Assembly (NCBI GenBank): GCA_038087875.1
Contig: CM075995.1
Span: 1,242,001 to 1,306,000, forward strand
DNA from: Malacoraja senta
Taxonomy: Eukaryota
Direction: 5' to 3'
Length of the DNA: 64,000 nucleotides
The translations under genes were made by a program, and so were the position numbers. The stretch's first letter is position 1. Each line of letters begins with the position of its first letter. The notes beneath the pieces were generated by a model, which saw nothing but the letters and a program-made list of their open reading frames with translations, searched no databases and was not told where the DNA came from. Shown here one piece after another: positions 1-10,900 of the stretch.

Positions 1-619
1 ACAGTTAATGTCAGCATTAATGCTCCACTCCAGACCCCTCTCCTCATCTTTCCTTGTCTGTGTATATTGCTGTGACCCATACTCCTTTCTGTTCTGAATT
101 TGAACATAGCAAAACTGCACTAGAGCAGGATCTTCGGCCCACAAAACCTTGTTGAACTAATCTCCGCCTGCACGTGATCCATATCCCTCCTTTCCTTCGA
201 CAAACGCGTCTTTCTCTGAAGCCCCTTATCTGTTTCCACCACCACTCCTGACAGTGTGATCCAGGTACCCACCACTTGCTGTGTCCTGCATATCACTCCA
301 CTTCTGACCATGAAGATATACCCACTTGTCTTTGACATTTCCACCCTGGGGGGGAAAGGGTACTGACTGTCTACCCAATCTCTGCCTCTCAGAATTTTAT
401 ATACTTCTGATAGAAGTCTCCCCTGAACCTCTGGTATTCCATAGGAAAAAAAATCCAAGTTTGTCCAACCTCTCCATTGAGATAATACTCTCTAATCGGG
501 CGGCATTCTGATAAACCACTTCTGCAGCCTCTGCGAAGACTCCACGTCCTTCCTGTGATGAGGCAACCAGAACTGCACACAATGCTCCAAATGTGGCCCA
601 AGCAAAGTCCTATAAAGCT
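1..619 (+). repeat. Direct segmental duplicate, copy A (contains decayed CR1 3' fragment on - strand)
   Basis: Near-identical to 9720-10347; left boundary lies outside the window. Confidence 0.92.
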
Positions 620-1171
620 TATTACGTGCCCTTTGCTCTATCTTTAGTACGAGTTTGAACTAAATGTTGTATATCTGAACTATTGGGCTTTCACTGTGGC
701 AATAATAATAAACTTAAACCTATTGCTCAGCTTTGACTATAGTTCTTATTTCCTCGCACCTTGTTGCTGTGAACACTATGAATTCCTTTCAGAATCTGAT
801 ATTTATTCTTTATTTTAGGCAAGATGTCTACCTTTTATAATCTATTCCATTAATGTAATAATTTAATTTGAAGCTGCTAACATTGTCTTTAGGTCCCACT
901 CTAGTCTGAAGAAGGGTTTTGACCCAAAACATCACATATTTCTTTTCTCCAGAGATGCTGCCTGCTGAGTTACTCCAGCTTTTTGTGTCTATCCCAGATT
1001 TAAAAGTCTGTTGCTCTGAACTATATACTGCACTCTGACGTGATTCGAGCCATTTAGTGGTTCTTGCAAATAGCAATCAAAACCACCCACGCAAACCATA
1101 CCGCAACAGACTGCTACACATTACTAATGGACAGGTTTGGCCACAATGTCAGGAACTTGGAAGATTTAACA

Positions 1172-1486
1172 GAGTGGCATAGCGGTAGAGTTGCTGCCTT
1201 ACAGCGCTTCCAGCACCGGAGACCTGGGTTCGATTCTGGCTACAGGTGCTGTCTGTATGGACTTTGTAAGTTCTCCCTGTGACTATGTGGGTTTACTTTG
1301 AGATCTTCGGTTTGCTCCCACACTTCAAAGATGTACAGGTTTGCAGGTTAATTGGCTTGGTGTATGTGTAAATTGTCCCTAGTGTGTGTAGGGTAGTGTT
1401 AATGTGCGGGGTTCGCTGGTCAGTGCGGACTCGGTGGGCCGAATGGCCTGTTTCCGCACTGTATCTCTAAACCAAACTAAACTAAA
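1172..1486 (+). mobile_element. tRNA-derived SINE (HE1-like)
   Basis: A/B-box-like head (tggcatagcggt...gggttcgatt), conserved body, (aaact)n tail. Confidence 0.8.
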
Positions 1487-1549
1487 TCTGGTTTCTCACA
1501 TTGGACTTTCATTATATAATTTGTTGTATTGAACAGAACATCTTTTCTC

Positions 1550-1643
1550 GTCTGAAGAAGGGTTTCGGCCCGAAACGTTGCCTATTTCCTTCGCTCCATA
1601 GATGCTGCTGCACCCGCTGAGTTTCTCCAGCATTTTTGTGTAC
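1550..1643 (+). mobile_element. Penelope-derived short repeat with hammerhead-like core
   Basis: CTGAAGA-A-GGGT-TTCG-GCCC-GAAA-CGTT at 1552-1579; flanked by catcttttctc direct repeats (1539-1549, 1644-1654). Confidence 0.75.
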
Positions 1644-2454
1644 CATCTTTTCTCTCAACATCTTTTCTCAATGATAGAATAAATCCAATCATAGGTTTAA
1701 TCGAGCCAGGCTTCATTGAAGGGAAAATAGCCCTCAAAATTAGTCAAACAGGAAATTTTCTATCCTCTAAAAAAACATATAAAAATAAAACATTTAGTTA
1801 TCAAAAGTAATATGACAAATATGACAAGTATATTTAGAAATTATCATAGATAAATACAAGTGGACTTACTATAAATTATGTAATTAAATGGATCATATGA
1901 ATGAATTGATTTAATTTCAGTTATTAAAAAGATTCTTTAAATCATGACTATTAGGTACAGATTGCTTTGTAAAAACAGTTATATTTTGAAACCATTAAAA
2001 GCTAAATCTAGAGATAGGAACTGCAAATAACGGTTTACAAAAGAAGACAGAAAGTGCTGGTGTAACTTAGCGGGTCAGGCAGCATCCCTGGAAAACATGG
2101 ATAGGTGACTTTTCGTGTCAGGACCCCTTCTTCAGACTAAATCTATCTGACTGCCAAAAATGTGTTGAAATTCTACTGGCAACGCTTTTGTCATTAGTTC
2201 TTGCAACATACTTCGCCATCTAGTGGTTTGGAGAATTGCTGTCAATAAATAAAATAACTGAGGGAAAGGATTTTATTTAGTTGAGTTAAATTTTATTTTG
2301 GTTTAGAGATACAACATGGAAACAGGTCCTTCGGCCCACTGAGTCCACCGACCATCGATCACCCATTTGTACTTGTTTATGGTATCTCACATTCTCATCC
2401 ACTTGGGCCACACCAGGGGCAATCTTTACAGAGGCCGATTAACAGACTGCACTT

Positions 2455-2780
2455 GCACTTGGCGGCCTTGCACCCTGCCTGAAGTGGCATTTCAAGGAAT
2501 AGCCATGAGTCAACTGCCAGCCCACCAGCCGTGAGTGAGTGAGCTGCCAGCACATCAGGCTTGAGTGACTGAGCCGCCAGCCCAAGAATCCATTCGGCCC
2601 GCAATGTCCATACTAGCCCTCTGGAAACCAGTCCCTTCAGCCCACAACACCCATACTCACACTCCAGAAAGCCCCCCCCACTGGCCACCAATATTGGAAT
2701 TGGTGGAGAGGTGGAATATTGCGTTGGGGGACCAGCCCTCCCGTGTGAAGCTGGGACCCAACGGGTCCCAATTAGTCTAG
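2455..2780 (+). mobile_element. Repeat ending in Helitron-like 3' terminus
   Basis: Hairpin TGGGACCC-AAC-GGGTCCCA at 2752-2770, then CTAG at 2777-2780 followed by T; 5' boundary uncertain. Confidence 0.5.

Positions 2781-2819
<39 letters not shown>
2781..2819. repeat. (TA)n(TG)n microsatellite
   Basis: Direct reading. Confidence 0.95.
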
Positions 2820-3233
2820 AGGAATGAATTGCAGATACTGCAGATGCTGTTTTACACCCAAGATAGACACAAAATGCTGGATTAACTCAGCGGGTCAGGC
2901 AGCATCTCTGGAGAAAAGGCAAAGGTGACGGTTTGGGTCAAAACCCTACACGTGTGTGTCATAGAGACATAGAGTGATACAGTGTGGAAACAGGCCCTTC
3001 GGCCCAACTTGCCCACACCGGCCAACATGTCCCAGCTACGCTAGTCCCACTTGCCCGCCTTTGGTCCACATCTCTGCAAAACTGTCCTATCCATGTACCT
3101 GCCTGGCAGCTTGTTCCATACACCCACCCACTTTGTGTGAAAAAGTTACCCCTCAGATTCACATTAAATCTTTTTCCCTTCACCTTAAACCTATGTCCTC
3201 TGGTCTGCGATTCCCCCTATTCTGGGCAAGAGA

Positions 3234-3348
3234 GTGTGTGTGTGTGTGTGTGTGTATACATGTGTGTGTGTATTTCTATATATGTACACAAATATATATA
3301 TATATATATACGTGTGTGATATATATGTGTGTGTGTGTATAGATATAT
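3234..3348. repeat. Mixed (TG)n/(TA)n microsatellite
   Basis: Direct reading. Confidence 0.9.
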
Positions 3349-3479
3349 ACTGAATTTGTTTATCGCTTATTATATTGTTCGCAGAATTCGATGTTTACAT
3401 ATTCTGTTGCGCTGCTGCAAGTAAGAATTTAATTGTGATGTTTGGGACATATGACAAAAACAAAACACTCTTGTCTCAC

Positions 3480-3970
3480 GGCAGTGGCGGCGGAGGAAGG
3501 TCAAGGGAATCTCCTGTGGACGTCAGAGCGTGGCGTGACGTGTGCGTCGAGCCATGGCAACGGGGGAAGCCGCGCAAGCCGGAGGGATTCCCCGCCTGTC
3601 TCCGGCGCCCCGCCCACTCCCCGTCGACCAATGGGAGGGCGGCAAGCGGATAATGTCGTGGAGGGGGATGGGTCTGTGTCCCCCCGCCTCCTCGTCGTCG
3701 ACCAATGGGAAGGCCGGTGAGCTGGTGACAGAGAGGAATGGGGCGGGGCATGCAAATCAGGTTCGAAAAAGTGGCGGGAAATGAGAGTTTCGCGGGAGGC
3801 TTTTACGCGCGAAAAGTGGCTCCCTTCATTCATTTACTCATTCATCGTCAGCTTCCTGGAGCCATTTTCACGACTTCGGGGCTGCTTTCGGGGACTTTTA
3901 AATCGTTCGCGTCTGTGTGCCCTGCCCCGCCTTCAATCTGCTGCCGTGACCGAGCCCACAGCCGCTGCGG
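3480..3970 (+). promoter_or_regulatory. CpG-island promoter of E2F3
   Basis: CpG-dense. CCAAT at 3628 and 3702; GC boxes at ~3608 and ~3740; ATGCAAAT at 3750-3757; E2F-type sites GGCGGGAAA 3773-3781, TTTCGCGG 3788-3795, GCGCGAAA 3807-3814; CRE-like cores at 3518 and 3535. Confidence 0.8.
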
Positions 3971-4770
3971 GGGGGAAACTGCCTCCACTTGGCGTTACAG
4001 GGGAAGTAGAGGGATGCTGCTCCCACGTTGCACTTACTTTGCACAAAGGGGTGACGGCTGTCCCCACTTGGCATCAGGGGGAAAGGGGATGTTTGCACTC
4101 ACTTGGCACTCGCTTGTGACAAATGGGAAGGGGGATCTGCCCCGGGGGAAGGGGTGAAATCTGCACCCACACAGCACCAGGGGGAAGGGGAGTACATCAG
4201 GGGAAAGGGGCGGTATGCACCCACTTAGCACTAGGTCGTTATTTTGTTCTTTATTTTCCCTGTGGAAGGTGGCGGCTGGTTATTTTGTTCTCCTACTGAA
4301 CCTTCTGAATTTGCAGTCGGCAGGGCAGTACTCTGCATATCGCCAACTTTATTCTCTTTATTGTATTTCCCCGGTAGAGAGAGAGAGCGAGGGAGCGTGG
4401 AAGAGAGATGGTGGTGAGGGGGAGAGAGAGAGAGAGAAAAAAAGAGATGAGACGAGACGGGGAGAGGAGAGAGAGAGACGGGGGTTGGAGGGGGCGAGGG
4501 GCGAGAGAAAGGGGTGCGGGAGAGAAAGGGGAGGGAGGTAGAGAGAGGGGGAGGTAGGGAGAAAGAAGGAGAGAGAGGGAGGGAGGAGCGAGAGGGGAGC
4601 TTTTTTTTTTGTTCTGTCTTTATTTTATTTCCCCGCTGTAGGAGGAGGAAGGAGAATTTGTTCTGTCTATCTTTATTTTATTTCCCCGGTGAAGGGGGAA
4701 GAGGAGGACCGAATAGATTAAATTCCGCCGGCTTGCGGCGAGAGGGGTTGGTGGTTGTGTGTGTGAGTGA

Positions 4771-4774
<4 letters not shown>

Positions 4775-4801
<27 letters not shown>
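4775..4801. repeat. (GA)n microsatellite abutting the start codon
   Basis: gagaga...gag then ATG at 4802. Confidence 0.95.
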
Positions 4802-4805
<4 letters not shown>

Positions 4806-4978
4806 GGAAAGGAAGCCAGCAGCACGGTCCGGCCGGAGCAGCGCTGGAGAGACCGGCGGCCCACGGCGTGTTGGCCGCGAATGGCAGCCCCGGGGTCCGG
4901 CTCTTGACTCAAGCAGCGGAGGCGGTCGGGGGCTGCTCCAGTCCCCGCATGGCGGGCTTGTCGCCGGTAAGGACTCCG
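4802..4978 (+). CDS. E2F3: E2F3 coding exon 1 (MRKGSQQH...SPVRTP)
   Basis: ATG at 4802 after (GA)n; MRKG start; donor CCG|gtaagt at 4979, phase 0, compatible with exon 2. Confidence 0.85.
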
Positions 4979-7900
4979 GTAAGTCGGGGCTTGTGTGTGT
5001 GTGTGTGTGTCGCTGGGCCTGGAGGGTGGGGAAGTGGAAGGGAGGCCTGGGGGAGAGTTTGGGGGGGGGGGGGGAGGATGATGTTGACAGATCATCGCCC
5101 CTCTGGCCCGGGGCCCACCTCTCACCTCCCCGGGCTTTCGCTTCCCTCCGCCGGGCCAGGCTTTCACCTCACTCCCCCCCCCCCCCCCCCCATGGGCCTC
5201 GGTCCATTCAACCTCCTTCTCCCCTCCCTGCCTGCCTGGGGCCCTCGGTTACTTCAGCCGGGCCAGACATTTACCTCACCCTCCTCTCCTCCCTCCCCGA
5301 CTTTCGGTTCATTCAACCCGGCTACACTCCCCCCCCCCCCCCCCCCCTCGTTCCCTGTTCCCTCTCCTCCCCCTCCCCGGTCCATGGTTCATTCAGCCGG
5401 ACCTGGCATTTACCTCCCCCTTCTTCTCCCGGCTTTCGGTTCATTCGCCCGGCCATGCTTTTACCCCCTTCCTCCCCGGGCCCTCGGTTCCCTCTGCCGG
5501 CACATACATTTACCTCACCCCCTTTCCCCGGGGGTTCATCACACTCACGACCTAACAGGCCCTTTGATGTCGGCGCCCTTCCCCCCCCCCCCCCCCCCCA
5601 TCAGCTCTCCACCCCGGGGTGCTAGGGAGGGGGTGAGGGAGGGGGTGGGGTGAAGGTTGAAGGCTGAGCCGGGCAGGGCAGGGCGGGCGGGCGAGGGATT
5701 GAACAGGAGCCGGGGCTGCTCGGTGCCGCCGCGTGTCTCCACAAGGGCCTAGTGTCTTGCAAAAGGGCTCCCGAACCACCACAGCAAGTGCAGGCCCCGA
5801 CTTAAATCTCCCTCACCCCACACCCCCACACCCACACCCCCATCTCGGCTTAACACAGGGGTGGGCCTCTCCACCCCACACCCTTCCCCAAGATTTTATT
5901 TTATTTTCTCCTGTCCTCTTCCACTTTAAATTGTTCAGAAGTTCACAGAGTAAGGCAAAACGTGGCGTAAATGCATGAAGAAAAAGAAATCCGCTCATGT
6001 GCATAGACGGTCTTGTCCAAATTTGTAGTGATATTTATTAAAATTGTGTTGATTTAGTGTAATACCTTCATTTTGCTTCGCCCCTCACCTCACTTTCAAC
6101 AAGCAGATGTTTCATAGTTTAGTTTATTAGTTTAGTTTCTTCAGGCAATTTCATTTCAAAAGACACGAATTCCCATGAAATAATTTGTTTGCTGCAACAT
6201 AAATGCATTTTAATTGGTTAGAAATGGTTTACTGCGCTTGATTTTAAATATTCCAGTCAAACTTGGTGTGCTAGGTGGTATGTGATTATTGCATTTCTTA
6301 AGTGAAGGACTTTCTTTGCAAGGTGGCATCAGTCCACTCTATATTGAGGGGAAACCTTCCAAACTATGACTGGGCAAACAGTTGTCTTTTTGTTGGGGTG
6401 TTTTCAGTTTTAGATGAAGTTTGCTGCAATTTGAAATGTTAATAGAATGTGATCCAGTTTAGTTAACTTCAAGCAACTGTTTGAATTATGTATAACTACT
6501 TTGCTGTTTTAAAGCAGCAAGGAACACTAATTAAGCATGGTGCTTTAGCCAGCAGACATTTCAAAATGTCTTCTGTTTTTTTCTGGTTTCAAATTTTAAA
6601 TATAAATTTTGCAAACCTAATCACAAGTGACCACTTTTATTTTGCACGTCTGAGACAATCCCTTGATGATCGAATCCAGCTTTGATCTCTTTCACTAAAA
6701 AATGTACATGCCATAACTTCTTGATTAGTACGGTTGTCAGGGGAGAAGGCAGGAGAATGGGGTTAGGAAGGAGAGATACATCAGCCATGATTGAATGGTG
6801 TAGACTTGATGGGTCGAATGGCCTAATTCTGTTTCTATCATTTATGAACATAGGGGAGAGCAGTGAAGGTTCAGTAGGCTAGTTCAAAGGAGGGGTTGAG
6901 TTGACTGATTGTCTCCTGTAGAAATCTGAGCATGAGAGGTGATTTTGTTGACACTTTAAAATAGTTGAAAAGACTGAGCAAATTTGGGCCCTATATCTGA
7001 GGAAGGATGTGCTCTGGAGAGGGTCCAGGGAAGATTTACAAGAATGATTCCAGGAATGACTGGGTTAGCATATGATGAGTGTTTGACAGCACTAGGCCTC
7101 TACTCGCTGGAGTTTAGAAGGTTGAGGGGGGGGACCTCATTGAAACTTGCAGAATAATGAAAGGCATAGATGGAGTGGATGTGGAAACGATGTTTCCACT
7201 GGTGGGAGAGTCTGGGACCAGGACCTTCTGGAGTTGTTAAAGGTTTGGACAAGCTGGAGGCAGGAAACGTGTTCCCGATGTTGGGGGAGTCCAGAATCAG
7301 GGGCCACAGTTTAAGAATAAGGGATAAGCCATTTAGAACGGAGACGAGGAAACACTTTTTCTCACAGAGAGTTGTGAATCTGTGGAATTCTCTGCCTCAG
7401 AGGGCAGTGGAGGCAGGTTCTCTGGATGCTTTCAAGAGAGAGCTGGATAGGTCTCTTAAAGATAGCAGAGTCGGGATATGGGGAAAAGGCAGGAACGGGG
7501 TACTGATTGGGGATGATCAGCCATGATCACATTGAATGGTGGTGCTGGCTCGAAGGGCCGAATGGCCTACTCCTGCACCTATTGTCTATTGTCTCAGAAT
7601 TAAAAGGTGCTCTTTTGGAAAGGAGGTGAGGAGGAACTTCTTTAGTCAGAGGGTAGTTAATCTGCGGAACTCATTAACTCATTGCCCTAGAGGGCTGTGG
7701 AGGCCAAGTCAGTAGATATTTTTAAGGCAGAGATGGACACATTCTTTATTAGAACGGGTGTCAAGGGTTATGGGGAGAAGGCAGGAAAATGGGATTAGGA
7801 GGCAGAGATCAGCCATGATTGAATGGCAGAGTGGACTTGATGGGTCGAATGGCCAAATTCGTCTCCTATAACTTGTGAACTGGCAGACTAAGATTTGGGG

Positions 7901-10900
7901 AGGATGTTTCCCTTGGCCGAAAGTCAAGGACCAGAAGACATCTTGCCCAAATAAAGGGTTGGCCTTGTTGAACTAATTGAGGAAAGAAATTGTCACTCGG
8001 AGGCTGCTGAAACTTTGGAATTTTCTGGCCTGGTGTTCAAATTATCCCATCTCATCGTGTTCATTCAGAACACCGATCAATAGTTTGGAGCCAAAGGAAT
8101 CGAGGATCTGGGTATAGTTGGGAAGTGGGCTGAGATAGTTGATCAGTCATACTCTCGATGAATGGTGGAGAAGTGCGAAGGGCTAGCCTTTCTCCAGTTT
8201 ATATTCTAATATTCCATTGGGTTTGGGATTGCTACCACTAGAGATATCAAATTGTTCTTTCCTCTAAGCAACTTAAATTTGTATGTTGTCCCATGCAGCC
8301 ACTTTGACTCTAGCTAAAGTTCTTAACTTTAAAAAAAAAAAAGCTGGGTTTTGACAGTGATGTTCATCGAGCCAAGCAGTGTGGAACCAGGCCCTTTGGC
8401 CCAACTTGCCCACATCGACCAACGTTCCATCTACACTGGTCCACATGAATGTGCTTGGACAATATCCCCCTAAACCATGAACCTGTGGAATTGCTTCTTT
8501 AGTTTATGTATGCCTGATTTTACACTTTCCATTTGCAAGATACCTGTATGCTGCAAATGTCAGTTGCTTAGGGTGAAGAACAATTGACCATATCTAGTGG
8601 TAGGTATGGTTGGTAGCATTTGACAAAATTTGGTGTTAAGTGAGAATTGAATACATAGTTTAATTCTTTCAGAGCTGCCCTTTTTGTATAAGAAGGAACT
8701 GCAGATGCTGGAAAATCGAAGGTACACAAAAATGCTGGAGAAACTCAGCGGGTGCAGCAGCATCTGTGGAGCGAAGGAAATAGGCAACGTTTCGGGCCGA
8801 AACCCTTCTTCAGACTGATGGGGGGTGGGGAGAAGAAAGGAAAAAGGCGGAGGAGGAAGGGGAGGAGACAGCAAGGGCCAGCAAAATTGAACATCGAATT
8901 CACCCAATTTTGCTAGCCCTTGCTGTCTCCTTCCCTTCCTCAGCCCTCGGGCTGTCTCCTCCCATCCCTCAGCCCTCGGGCTCCTCCTCCGCCTTTTTCC
9001 TTTCTTCTCCCCACCCCCCCCATCAGTCTGAAGAAGGGTTTCGGCCCGAAACGTTGCCTATTTCCTTCGCTCCATAGTTGCTGCTGCACCCGCTGAGTTT
9101 CTCCAGCTTTTTTGTGTACCCTCCCTTTTTGTAAGTTGCTTACGATCTGGTAAAGTTATGTGGGAATGTCACTAATATGATTATCAGCATACTACTGTCA
9201 GAAATGCATGTACTGACTGAATTTGGCTTATGGTAGTTATGCTCCTGGTTGCCCAACTGGAACTGCATAGCTCTGCATTTTTTTGATATTTAAAAAAAAA
9301 AGAGGAAGCTGTTAACACATCTTAACTCCTAAGGTGGCAAGGTAGCACTTTGTAGCTTGCAAATTGAAAGACACAAAAAGCTGGAGTAACTCAGTGGGAC
9401 AGACAGCATACCTCTCTATATCACCATCGATATCTCTCGTTTCCCCATTCCCCTGACTCTCAGTCTGAAGAAGGGTCTCGACCCAAAACATCACCTATTC
9501 CTTTTCTCCAGAGATGCTGTCTGAACCGCTGAGTTACTCCAGCATTTTGTGTCTTTCTTTTGTTTTAAAACCGGCATCTGCAGTTCCTTCCTACACAATG
9601 TGGCTTGCAAATGTTCAGTTGTCATCTCAATCAGGCCGAGATGGAGTGGATGTGGAGATGATGTTTCCAGTAGTGGGAGAGTCAAGGACCAGAAACAGAA
9701 TTTGGCTGCTTGGCCCCAAACAGTTAATGTCAGCATTAATGCTCCACTCCAGATCCCTCTCCTCATCTTTCCTTGTCTGTGTATATTGCTGTGACCCATA
9801 CTCCTTTCTGTTCTGAATTTGAACATAGCAAAACTGCACTAGAGCAGGATCTTCGGCCCACAAAACCTTGTTGAACTAATCTCAGCCTGCACGTGATCCA
9901 TATCCCTCCTTTCCTTCGACAAACGCGTCTCTCTCTGAAGCCCCTTATCTGTTTCCACCACCGCTCCTGACAGTGTGATCCAGGTACCCACCACTTGCTG
10001 TGTCCTGCATATCACTCCACTTCTGACCATGAAGATATACCCACTTGTCTTTGACATTTCCACCCTGGGGGGGAAAGGGTACTGACTGTCTATCCAATCT
10101 CTGCCTCTCAGAATTTTATATACTTCTGATAGAGAGAATTTTATATACTTCTGAACCTCCGGTATTCCAGAGAAAAAAAAATCTAAGTTTGTCCAACCTC
10201 TCCATTGAGATAATACTCTCTAATTGGGCGGCATTCTGATAAACCACTTCTGCAGCCTCTGCGAAGCCTCCACGTCCTTCCTGTGATGAGGCGACCAGAA
10301 CTGCACACAATGCTCCAAATGTGGCCCAAGCAAAGTCCTATAAAGCTGCAGCATAACTTCATGCTGCTTTTTACAAGTGCCATGACTGATGACAGCAAGA
10401 CTACCATGAGTCGTCTTTGCCGGTCTTTTTGACGTGTTGCCAGTTTCAGGGGGTTGGACCCCAAGAACCTTCTGTACATCAATTTTATTTAGGGATATGC
10501 CGTTAACTGTATTGGGGGTGACAAAAGGGAAAGGGGACGCTCGGATGGGAGATGAGCATATGGAGGGGAAAGGAGCAGGGCTGTGAGGTCCAAAGTGATG
10601 GGAGCAGAATTAGGCCAATCGGCCCATCAAGTCTACGCCATTCAATCATGGCTGATCTATCTCTCCCTCCTAACTCCATTCTCGTGCCTTCTCCCCGTAA
10701 CCTCTGACACCCCTACTAATCAGGAATTGATCTATCTCTGCCATAAAAATATCCATTGCCTTGGCCTCCAAAGCCTTCTGTGGCAAACAAATCCACAGAT
10801 TCACCGCCCTCTGACTAAAGAAATTGCTTCTCATCTCCTTCCTAAAAGAACACCCTTAAATTCTAAGGCTATGACCTCTAGTCTTAGTCTCTCCCATGAG

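Noticed and set aside
1172..1245. tRNA genes at SINE heads
   Set aside because: They continue into SINE body and tail; no complete cloverleaf.
4514..5653. 379-aa proline-rich ORF
   Set aside because: Only 4802-4978 is E2F3 coding; the rest is read-through of purine-rich leader and C-rich intron.
4979..6700. E2F3b alternative first exon (MPLQQQ-like)
   Set aside because: No matching ATG-peptide-donor found by eye; absence not proven.
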